Assembly: GCA_002633005.1 (NCBI GenBank)
Contig: NMRA01000114.1
Span: 398,835 to 462,834, forward strand
Length of the DNA: 64,000 bases
Reading direction: 5' to 3'
DNA from: Phoronis australis
Lineage: Eukaryota; Animalia; Phoronida
This document shows, one piece after another, positions 44,521 through 57,160 of this stretch. Made by a program: the position numbers and the translations under genes. The notes beneath the pieces were generated by a model that was not told the origin of the DNA, made no database searches, and saw nothing but the letters and a program-made list of their open reading frames with translations. The first letter of the stretch is position 1. Every line of letters begins with the position of its first letter.

Positions 44521-44600
44521 CCTAGAAACCACCATGCGTCTTTTTAATCGGACGTAAACATGAGCCTGTGTGCTGCATAAAATTCTATTTTTCAGCACTA
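44430..44600. promoter_or_regulatory. Bidirectional promoter shared by Syk and KAT14
   Basis: Divergent first exons lie less than 200 bp apart. A YY1-type CGCCATTTT motif sits at 44502-44510, with local CpG enrichment. Confidence 0.6.
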
Positions 44601-47600
44601 TGTCGGACTTGCAGCAGAAATCTTGTGGATATTGTGGAGAAAAATTGCACACATCTTATGAATCACTAATGTGCGCAACTTGCTCTCAACAGGTCCATTT
44701 GGGTGAGGCTATGTTTGATAAATGTCGTTCGTGAAGTCGTACCGGGGGTTTTGCGTAGATAAGCTCACCCGATGAAAAGCCCATGGGCGTTTATTTGGAA
44801 AATTATGCCTAATAAACGCCCATGGTTGTTTATGCACTGTTAACTTCTGGTGTCAGGTGTCCAGATAGCGGGACGCTTATTCGGAAAATTTCCTCTTAAA
44901 AGCTCACTGTGTAAGCGTCAACATTTAATCACAATTTCAGTTTTGTGGAGCATTTATATCATAAAAACCAATGAAGTGCTGACGAACTATGCATTTATTA
45001 ACATAAAATTTAAGAACTCATTTTTAAGTAAGAAATATCAAAGTCAGGAAACCTATGACACTCCGTTTATGTGCCCCCTTTTCCGAATAAATGTCCAGGC
45101 GTTTATTTGATGGTTCTAAAACGTCTGAAATTTTTCATTTTGTGAATGCACGCCATGGGCTTATCTACGGAAAATCCTGGTAGATATGCGCTGACAGCCA
45201 ATCATACAGCTTTAGACCAATATGGGTAAAAATTGGCAAAATGAAATCGTCCTTGAGTAAAGCATCGGTTGTGGGAGCTGACAAAATTGCCTTTGAACCG
45301 TCAATTTGCTGCTAAACTTTTGACTTTTGATGGAATATGCGTTGCCTCATTCAGAGCCATGAAATAAAGCGTCACCTATGAGCCATTTTCCCTGACTTAT
45401 TCACTCAGCTTTTATTAACAGGGTTGCGTACAGTTTACAGCAATTAAATTACCAGAGTTAGTTTCATTTCGTTATATTTTCAGTATTTTGATACGACCAA
45501 CATACTGAATTTCTGGGCAAATTTTGCTTTGGCGAAGTTGACATTGTCTCCTATTAAAGGTGTCACAAAACTTAGCAGCTGGCCTGTGCATGTCTCGTGA
45601 GCATATTGTTTTCAAGCCAATGGCAAGACTTCCTTGTTCCAATTAATTGACAGAACGATGCAAGAAAAATGACATTTGTTAGATTGTTTTCCACTGACTC
45701 TCATATTTTGCATATACATCCCCGCCGGTCATAACATTATGGGTTTATATAATTTTCACGACGAGGTGACAAGCAGACAAAACTAGACATAGTGAAATTT
45801 CAAAGTGTGAAGTTGACACACAGCTGAGTTCTGTTCTGTATTTTGATGTAACAACAGCATGGTCTTCATACAGCTATATCTGCATGCATAATTATGAACA
45901 TTGACATTATAGGGTACTCTTGATTGACTTCACTGTTTCAGCTGGCTAAGTTAGAATCTTATTGGTTCTGGATGACAAGATTCCGGCTTAATAACCAATC
46001 AGATGTCTTGGCTACTTGAACCATCAAAGACAATCAAACTTGACTTTGCCAGGGTCACCCTGCTAAGATGATCTGTGTTAGCTGGTTGACCCGGGCGGAA
46101 CCGCCAAAGTTAAAAGGCTTCCCTTAATCACTCGCCTGTACATGCGAACCTTTGTTCGACTAATTCAAAGGCTTGAAGCGAAAGGCACTGAGTTCATCAT
46201 AACTTGGAAACTTGGAGCAAGGTTATTTTTCTCTATAGTAATTGTACTTTTCATTTTGATGCATGTTCTACAATGCACTTTCTTTTTGTTCTGAATAATT
46301 GAATTAAAAAAAAATCTTTTTGTCATGTCATAGAATGTCTACGAACAAGGCCCGTCAGTAATGTGAAGGGTGACACTTTCTATAAGCTCACTTGTCAGTC
46401 TTGTGGTCAGAATGGTGAAGAGGTCGTGCGCTCTAAGATGTCGTGGTGAGTTTTTAATTATGAAACTTGTCATTGGTTGAGAAAGCCTACCAAACTTTAT
46501 TTGAGGCACAACTCAAAAACTTGAGCAGTCACATTGTATGACGCAATTGGTTAATTTTTGAGTCGAAATGTGGTCGTGGGACATGATGTGTTTTTGTAGG
46601 AAGGGACATCTTGGTATTTTTTCTCAGTGCTAGACCTATTAAATAGTGATTTTTCATTTCTTGGTACACACATAATTGCCAAAATTAGAATGCCCCTATC
46701 ATTCGTAGTCCGACTACAGTAATTCTTCCATGATTTTGCATAACTGTTATATTTTTCTATTTTTTTCAAATCAAACTACCTAGCCTTAGCAGATTGTATT
46801 AATTGTTTTATGACAGCTATGCTGTACTTAAAGTGAACTTTTCTCTGGTGTGAATGACAAAATATATGCACAACTGATAACATTTTAATTTTCATATGCA
46901 ATCTGACGAAAAAATATTTAATTTTAAAAATGAAATGCTTTTGTAAGTAAACAAGTGCGTTGGCAATAAAAAATCGTAAAATATTTTATCAACCAACACA
47001 CCCACCAAAGGAATTAGGGTAGAGACTATAGGGACAGCTAAGAATAGCAAAATTTTCTTCTGAGTATTTCATTGTAATAGATTTCCCCTTGTTGACTACA
47101 TTACGATGTTACAGTGTTTTGTGTTCAGGTTGCAGGTGACTATGCTGGCCTTGTATAACCTGCAGTTGACCAGTGCTGGAAAAAAAGGATACTTCCACTG
47201 GAAGGACCACATTGCTAAATACATAGACCGTTACTGGGACACTCTCTTTGCTGGATCAAGGTAAGTGACCCACCTCATATATGATCAGACATGTTCCGAT
47301 TGTTTACTATCTGGTTTGAGTGGGACATTCCAGCATTTTTGATGACCATGGGTGGGGCACCCCAGTGTTTGTGACGTAAGATAAATCGGGGCTTTGTTTA
47401 CTTATGACTACCTGTTGACATGACTTTGATTATTTAAATATCAAAATCTTTTGTTAAAATAATTAAAATTCAATCATAAGTTAATTTTTAATGTTTTCTC
47501 TATTTTATGATATTTGTTACAGAAATGCTTATCATTGTTTAGTATAAGTTGGTAGTAGTGCCTCTGTAAAGCGCTGTCTCTATTCAGTTAGTCTCACGTG

Positions 47601-50600
47601 CTATGCCCCGGCTGGTTATTGCCCTGCTGATGATACAGTTTCTGTTTGATTACCCACAATGCCGAGTATGTTCTGTCATGACCTTTTCTATGATGTCTCA
47701 CTACTCACTGAGGTCGCATTTTATTTCTTGCCTTCAATGAGTGTAGTATACATTCCAAGTACTGCTGTCTCTTCTGGTTTGCATTCTGTAGACCATGTTT
47801 GTTGTGATAAATGTGAGATCATACTGAGATATCATCATGTATTACAACCAAAGCAACTTGATTACACTAGCTTATTTTCATACATTTATTGGCAATGAGA
47901 AAAACATTACAATATCACAAAAAGACAAAGAACACCACAGACACACACACACAAACGCATACCCATAACTAATCCTCTTGAATGCTAAGAAAAAACGTTT
48001 CAAAGTTTCACCATCTTTTTTGTATAAATTCTAATTCAAATCCTTACGAGCATTATGCTTTTCATGTTTGTTGTGATAAATGTGAGATCACACTGAGATA
48101 TTACCATGTATTACAACCAAAGCAACTTGATTACACTAGCTTTTGTCGCAAGTGTCTTAGTCTTTGGAACACAGCCCTGCACGCCATCCTTAGGTCAAAT
48201 TTGTAACCATGGCAACTCTTTGTCACCTAGGAAACAGTCCAGCAGTTGGCACGGCACTGTAGCTGGTACTCTGTCGACGGGATGCCCTCAGTTTTTCTGT
48301 TCTGGAGCCACAGAGCTCAAGGAGTCTGGTTGGTGGGCTCTCAGAGAGAACAAACCACCTACGGTGAAAACACTAAGTGAGATATTGTTTACAGTTTGAT
48401 GATTTTGTCTAGCTTAAAGGGATGTGTAAGAAATTAGTGAAAAGTGTTGCTTTATTCTGGGAGTGATAGATGAAAATGTTCTGATTCTAGGCCCATGGAT
48501 TATGTTTGGAGACAAAATTACAATTTTCATTTAGTTTGTATTGTATCTCAAAGTGGACAGTATATGATAAGGTAGGCAAGACATTATTTTTATTTTCACG
48601 TTTTCATCAAAAGTTTTTATCTTTATTTTGTATTTTGCATCTTGAACCAGACTGCTACCAATCCCAAACACATTGGTGAACGTACTCTGATGGATGCATT
48701 TTCTGTTTTGTATCCTGCTCTCCATGTCTTGCAGCACATTTGGTGTAATAAAAAGGTATTAAGGGGCCGCATCCCTATCGTATGCATTGAAGCATACTGT
48801 CAACAACCCCCCCCCCCGGTCAAAGGTCAAACAGAGTTCAAGCAAATAAACCGTGGAGTTAAAGGTTACTTCAGCAACATTGTCTCCATTTGTTGAAAAT
48901 TTGGAAATCCAGAAAACAAATTCTTTCAGAAGATGAATGGTAAACGCGGTAAATTGTGAGAACGTACATTTTAGTACGTGATGTATTAGAAATACTTTGT
49001 GTGAAAAAATTTGTTGTAGAGAATCGTGTTACGGTGTGGAAAACCCTTAAAAATGAAAACAAGATACGAATGGGAACAAGGTCCCATTTTCAGTTTTCAA
49101 CGTCCATGGTTTGCTTGAGTTGACGTCTGCTTATAATTTTAGAGCCATCAAAGCCAAAAGTAACCAATTGCACCATGGGTGTACCAGAGGTTGCCGACAC
49201 TCATCAAGGATCACGCAGACGTCGTACCGCTGGGCAGACGTTAATGGATGCAGCCACAAAGCTGAAGGAGAAGAGAGCGCCCTCTGTTGAGGGGAAAAAA
49301 TCAGAGGTTGGTAATCGTTCTGTGTTACCATAGTTGTACAGTGCTGTTAATATTGTGCAACACTCAAACCTTCCTGTAAATCTGATACGGAAATTATAAT
49401 TTGCTGTACCATATTTCGCCAGCGGACGAGTGGTAATCAGCATTGATGTTCTTGTAGATCAGGTCTCAATGGAAGTGTTGCGTGTCACTGCTTGAGGAGT
49501 TGTTCTGTCAAAGGTCACATGACTGATGGTAGCTAAGTCGCACTTCACCATTACCAACTACTGGTTTAGTCATGTGATTGTTAGCATGTCAATGCCTGGA
49601 AATAAGTTGTGCAAATTTTCTCAGTAAGTAACAGATATGGATATATTCTCAGATACTTTGTTCTTTTGCTGAAATGAATTTATTATTTTTCAGAGGTAAT
49701 TATGTGGAGTGTAAGACCAATTTTAAGTCTTAAGTCACTTGTCATGAGACGACAGTACTGGCTGGATTTCCAAGTCTCTGACTGCCTGGGATGTGCATTG
49801 TGTTTCAGGATAATACAGGCATCAAGGGGCCCAAACTTTCCAGACTTTCTCTTGTTGGTGAAGACTCCTCCTCATCTAGCTTGTCTTCTACTGTCAAACT
49901 TGAACCAGATGAACGGAGCGCCATTCTTGACAATTTTGAAGGCATCCTGTGTGGCATCAAGTCTGAAAAGCCTGATATTCAGCAATCTGCAGCGACCTCT
50001 GGTGGTCAGGAGTCCTACAGTAAGATTTCTGTTGTGTCCAGAACTGAAAGTGAATTTGTCAGTAGTGTGACATGAGGGTCCACATTAATCTGTTCCTGAG
50101 TTGCAGTAATTCCTTGTTTTGCTTATTTGTTTTTTTTCTGAACACAAGATCACCAAACTTCAATGAAGGCTTCTGTTGAAAAGTGATCTATCTCATTGCT
50201 TGGCATTTTGATAGTATAGTCAAAGGATTCCATGTGATTGGTCCATTTTCATGACAAATCTTTATTATACTTTACATTTTTGGGAGGAGGCAGTGTGTGG
50301 CCTTGTGTGATAGGTGCAGGCTTTCTTTACTTGACGTTGTGGGTTCAAGTCCCACTGGGTCTCACTGCTGGACTGTTGAGTCAGGTTTCAAGCTTCTCAG
50401 CTTGGTTTTAACTATATATTAATAAATCACAATGATTTCATGTGATCAGTTCAATGGACCCACATTCACGGCCTGCGCACATCTGTTACAACGTGTACCA
50501 GACCACCTGCATTTTTTAGATGTCTTGGGCCCTGGTCATATTTTTTTAAATTTATTTCATAACATTGGTACCCAGAATTCAAATCAACATATTTAGACAA

Positions 50601-53600
50601 TTGTCTTCAATAAACCAATTTTTGCAAATCATTGTGTGGCAGACTACTTTATACAACTTACTCTTTTTGTTTAATTTTTTTAAAAAAATTAACATTTATT
50701 GCAATAATAATAATAACACAGTACGAAAACAGAAATCCCCAATGACACATGCACACATTTCACCGAAAACTCAATTTCACTTTTTATAACTTATTGTGAG
50801 GCTTACAAATGTGTAAAATTAGAGAAAATGTGACTTATTTTCTGTCTTTAGTTATTAATGCTAAACTGTTTTTCGTCTTGTTAGCATCCATCAGTGACAT
50901 TTTAAAGGCTGATTCAGAGGGTGCCAGTGACAGTGACATTGAAATAGACCCTGGTTGCATCACGCCACCCCGCTCCACTGACCAGAACCCACAAACAAGC
51001 AACGTACCTGAGATGGACGTCATCCTGTCTTCCCTTCCAACCACAGGTAGTGTGTAGACTAGTCTTATGATAAAGCAAATTTTGGGAAAATACCAAAGTA
51101 GTTCTTGCAATCAAAAGTTTTGAAATAAAACAGTAACAGCAAAAGATATCACGGAAGAGTGAACTACATCACAGGAAGTGAAAGCACAACACATAAATGA
51201 AATGACAGAGCTGAAGGTTATCACAGACTGTCCAACTAAAGAGGCTTGTTAGGGAGTCTGATGCAGGAACAAAGTAGTTTGCATGTTTGACACAGGGGGT
51301 CAGGGCGCTTTATTAGGCTTCTCTTTAACCAAATCATTAAATAGGGTTCATTGAATTGTTTTTAACTGATGAGCTTTTGGAAAATCTTCTTGTGTCTTGT
51401 GTTATTCAAAGTGGGCTTAGACACTAACACTGTAACTGTAATAAGCCAGGTATTTTCATTATTAAATTATTTTCTTCTAGATTTAGGTTTTTGTTTTGAC
51501 TGAAGTTTTGATCAAACTTTTATACGTTCACTTCTAACTTAACTTTCCTCAACTTATTGGAACTTTCAGGAAAACTTTAGGTTTTCAAATTGAGTCCAGA
51601 AATTGGAAGGTGAAAACGTTTGGATTTAAATTTATTGTTTTATGATTTTTAAAATTTGCCTGAAAGAGAGGCACCATTACACTGTAATGAGTTCAAGAAA
51701 CAAAAATGTAAACAAAGTGCAATTTTTGTATGCGCTTGTGCTCAAGCTTCATGCGTGGATGAGCCAAAAGAACTTACAATGAGTAACAACAAATTCAAAG
51801 CATCTGCCAAACGCACTTCAGCAAATTCCTGCGTACGTCAAAAGGAGCCCTTATGCTTGCATATGGAGAGTCAGTTTGTCTTACCATGACAATGCCCATA
51901 GCGATGTGTTATCAATAATGCCAGTGACTGACAGCTGTGTATAAAAGCGTTGAACATATAAGATTTGCTTATAGAACTGTATGGCATTGTGAGGTTACTG
52001 TGCATCGAGAACATGTGTTATTTTGTATGCCATGGTTGTTGTATGTAAATTTGTCTTCATTGTTGTTTCAGCTGAAGCTTGTGAACCTGAACCAACTGTT
52101 CCTGAGTCAGTCAAGGAAGAGATGGAATCTGACCAATCAGAAGATGAGGATGGTGATGATGATGATGAGAGTGATTCAGCGCCATCTACCAGCGAGTATG
52201 AGAATGAGGATGAATCATCGGAAAGCACTGCTGTGAAGAGGACAATAAGAGAAGAAAGCGTGGTCGAAAAAAAGGAACTAGAAGAACCACGTGTCCGGTG
52301 TGTTGACGCACTGTATCCATTATTCAACATATTTCAAAAAGCGTTTTGGAAATTACTGATATTTATTCGTTTTAAGGAGGACTGCGGGGTATTAATTTTG
52401 AGTCGACTATGATCGAATAGTGGCTTTGATGTCGGCCAAGAACACAAATGCAAAACTTAAGACTGAAGAAGAATCATGATGTGGTCGCAGCTGAAAATGG
52501 CCAAATTTCATTGTCTACTTAGTATTGCGGTGGAGACTCAGCACCACATCAACCAACATCAATACACATTTTTTTCAGGTACGTCCCTATGAGCCTTTAT
52601 GAGGAGAGAAAGCTACTCAAGCACTTGACATCACTCTCTGAGAAACTACTGCTGCCACCTGGTGTAAACAGACTCAAGAGGAAGCTGGTTGTTAGATCAG
52701 TATGTTTTCTATCTGCTGTTCTGTGGTCTCGAGTGTGTAGTATGTGGTTGGTGATCTGGGAAACTCTTGATTTGGTGCCAGTCGTCTCCTCTAATTAAGA
52801 CTTGGAAGGGGGCTATGTTAAACACATCATACCACCCTCCTCTGCTAGATGGACGGATAACCACTAAGAAGTGTCTGTAGGACATTCAGCAGTCTGTCGA
52901 GCAGACATTCAGCTGTCAGTATGACGGACATTGAGCTGTCAATGGGACAGGCATTCAATTGTCTGTTGGACAGGGATTCTTGTGTCTGTTAATGTATATG
53001 TTCTGGCTAAAACCGGTTCACCAGTTTCACCCAAGAATTCTTGAAAATTAGAAAGCTTGCTGATTTTGGGAGTGATAGGCTGTTTGAATACATTTCATTT
53101 TGAAACAGTCTTAATAAAAGTGCAATTTTGATACAACTGAAAATATGTCCTGAACGAACATTCTGCAGCAGACGTGCGCCATTGTTGGAAACTGCAGTCT
53201 TTACTATCCACACAATGAAGCCGCCATGTTCAACATTTTACCTTATTGCTTGATGTATAATGTAATCATGAATATTGGCTTTACTGAAGAACTTTTTTTA
53301 AGGTATTTATTATCATTTATAAACAAGTACAAAAAACAAACAAACACAATTACATCCACTCATTCACGCATGCACACCTCAGGAGAGACCGTTCTGGTAT
53401 CTTGTATAAAGTAACCAACTTGTACATGGAGTTAAGTTAAACGTGAACAATGAAGTTTTCCCATTTCGCAGAGAAGCTGTCATGTACAAAGTTTTTTTGC
53501 AATTATTTTTTCAGCATTATAGTACTCATAAGTATATGTAACAAACCTGTGAAAAGTAGGTATATTTTCGTGACATCTTGTAAATGTACTGTTTGGCTAT

Positions 53601-56600
53601 TAGAAGCAAACTGATAAATAGAAAATCGTGCGTCTCGTAAAGTTCAAGAATAAGACATTCGTAAGAGAGACTGTTGGGAAGCTGAATGTGACACTTTTGC
53701 ATTAGCTGTCCGAATTCCTTCCAGAAATCTTGTACAAGGCAACATTCCCAAAAAAGGTGTGACAGCATCTCTGGAGCTTTATTACAAAAGGAACATAAAT
53801 TAGAATCCCGAACAAGGATTTTGACTGAAGAACTTTTGTTGACCAACGTGCAGTAATGGACTGTGTCTGGTGTTTTTCCTGAAAACTGCGTGATAACTTA
53901 TGTTTGGATTATCTCAGTGCCAGTGCATGACAAAACTTGTAAGAGATGTCATTAGTTTCTGTTTCTTAAGTTTGGAAATGTACATTCTTGATGTGTTTTC
54001 TTTTCAGATTAAACGTGAGCGAGGTCTGCCTTGTTTTGACTTGGATGCAGAGTTTAGAAAATACACAAGACCCGCTGGCGCAGTTTTTGGTTTTCCATTT
54101 GAAGGAACACAGCAGAGTGATGCTCACGTTCTGGATAGGTTTCAGGTTAATATATACTCATCATTTTTACCATGTAGAGTTCTAACTTAGATTAAAAACT
54201 CCTTGATGCATCATGTCACATGTTTTGGAGTGCCATCTCGTTGGAAATTGGGTCATTGCTCAAAAGAGACAATAATGTTATTTAAGTGGTGCTTAACATG
54301 GCCTCATGGTCACGTGACATCGGTACACACTTGACTTCCTTATGTGAAGATGTATTGTATGCTCTGTACAGATGCCGGCCGATGCGGCTGCCTCGTATCA
54401 GCGTACGTCGGTCTCGTTCCTGAACAGATTAGTCGGCACTGAGGACGACCAGCTGCAGAGCATTTGTAGTCCATACACTGCAAGGTGAGTGACAGGTGAC
54501 GTGTTGTCAGTCACGTAGGAGACGTACATGTGTGGTCTATACACTTCAGGGTGAGTGACAGGGTTTGTGTCAATTTAGAAAACTACATTTTGTAGTCTAT
54601 ATGAACACAGTTTCCACATTTGACTTTTGAGGTCATTGTCACAATGTTAAAAGCCTACTTTATAGCAGGGTGTGTCAAGACGTGAATTTAAACAGAAACG
54701 AGAAAAAGGTTGCATCTTTTTCCAACAGGAATGATATACAATAAAAATAATTGCCAAAATTGGCTTTTCATCATTTTTCAAAAGCTCCCGAAATAGTTGC
54801 GAGCAGCCATAATTTCTCAAAACATAGTCCAGTGACAGCTGTGGTATACAAGTTAATAAAAGCCTTGATTTTGTGATACTTACATTTTGTGAAAAATGAA
54901 ATTTCATTATCTGCCATATTGTGTCATAAATCGTTGAGACTTTACTGAAAGTGTCCGATTACAGAAATAAAGGATAAAGTCCACTTGATTCTTGCTGTAG
55001 TTGCCATGTAAATGTATAAGCTTGCCTTTACATTGAAATTGTGTTGAAAACATTTAACAAATGCTGAAAACTGTAGCTGTTGTGTTACGTAGTTCTGACA
55101 TGACATGTTCTCACTTGTTTGCTGTGAACCAAGTTGCACCAGGAACAGGTTACACATGGTTGTAATGTAATGTGAACGGGGTATTAGTCTTCTACATGAA
55201 GGTCCTCAGTGCTTCAGTTTTGGTGCTGTGCATTGGCCTCATTCACGTCTAAAATTGCTTTTTAAATCTCATGAAATTCTCCTCAGGCTCAAAAACCACC
55301 CAATGATTAAACAATGCCCCCAAGGTTAAAATCATGTTTAACTGACACAGACCCTCTGCTTGAGAATGTTTTGTTATATCCAAAAATACTTCTCTGGGGT
55401 GCCTGGAGAAATTTGAGTGACGGTAGAATTCTAACATCACTCGAAAAAATCTGTTCTGAGAAGGTGCAGCACATTCCCTGAGTGGGCCGTGTACATGAAA
55501 ATTGTTCAGTGTTGATCAGTTATCTCATGTTACAGGATTCTGAAACCATTCATCAGAAGGGATTATGAAAGTCATCCTCTCAAAATGAAACTGTTACAAG
55601 AAGTCATTGCTTACCCCCATAGGTATGTTGTGCATTCTTTCACAAAGTTTTGCTCATCAATTTCATATCTATCAACTCAGAAAAGCAAAAATAAGTCTTA
55701 TTTACATCGTTGAAGTGTACCCACACCTTTTCTCAGTGTATGAATTGTTTGGTATTTCTGGAAAGGCTTTCTCGGTGAAATAAAACTTTTTGTTGCCATG
55801 AGCATTTGAATGATGTCACCCTTGGAGACGATTGGTCAAGGTACTAACATTTTAGACAGTGATACAAGACAACTCACTAGGCACACAAAGGTGTGCACCC
55901 ATGATGGACCCCATGCAACTCGATTTTTCCATAACTACATCTTTCAAAGTAGTAGTTACAGATTTTCAGTATTATTTTATTGTACATTTCTGCTTCAAAT
56001 TTGTGAATTCTTCAAAAATGGAAACTTGCCTGTTGTGTGCTTCCTCTTTTACTTCAAGGTGTTGTTACCCGTGTTCAAAAAAGCAAGGTTTTGCTCACGT
56101 GTGATGCAGCAAACAAGATGGCACATGAACAGTGCATGCTATTTGTGTCCAAGACATGAGTGACATTCAGCGTATCAGACATGACAGTTAAATACTTCTT
56201 TATTCAACAAAAATCGCAAGGGTGTCGGCGCATGTAGTAAGGTTTCGGCTGCGTTGCAAAATCTGTAAAATGTCTGCGATTTTTTGAGACTGTAATTAGC
56301 ATGTCAAGTTTCTTGACTGTTACTTGAACCAATGTTCCTTTCTTGATACTGCAGACACGAGTCTGACTGGGTTCCTCCACCTCTGCCACCTATTGACTAC
56401 TGTTATGTACGCCCACAGCACATTCCATCGGTAAATGCATTGTGTCGAGAGTTCTTCTGGCCTGGCATCGACTGTAAGTTAGCCCGTGGTGACAGTGATT
56501 TTTAAATATGCCCTATTTGCAAACAAAGTTTTTTTTCAAAAAGAGGTGACTAATATTCTCTCATGAACCTCACAAGTGTTCTTGCTAACGGCATATTTCC

Positions 56601-57129
56601 GCCCTGAACGTAATTCTTTGCTCACATGGCCGTACCTGTGCTTTTGTTCTCAAATATGGCATGTTTTTCATAGAGATGTAAAGAATTGTTGTTACGTATA
56701 GGAATAGGATGATATTGTGGTGTTAGAATGTGGACAGTGTGTGGTGAAGTAAGGAGTTAGTGAAATACACGCGATTAAGAGATTGCTGGTGGGGGAAATG
56801 AACACGACTAATCTGTAGTAACTAGTTTGCAAAGGAAACAAAGAATCAGATTTTAGGTGTCTTGAGTCAAATACAACCAAATATGAAGGAATCATTAATG
56901 ATGATTTATTGACAGCATGGACAATTTTGTCCATAAGCACTGTTGGTTCAATCAGCCAGAGATTATTTTGTGAATTTTAAAATGCATTGCGGAAGCTCTC
57001 ATAATGTTGTCCTGATTCAGAGCTGCTGTTATTACTGTTTTATTTCTTAAGTTTTATACTCCTTCTGTGATATCTGTTTATGGTTCTTTCCTTTTGGAAC
57101 ACACACACACACAAACACACTCACACACT

Positions 57130-57160
<31 letters not shown>

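Noticed and set aside
50286-50370. tRNA gene
   Set aside because: A/B boxes are present but there is no cloverleaf or terminator; called a SINE instead.
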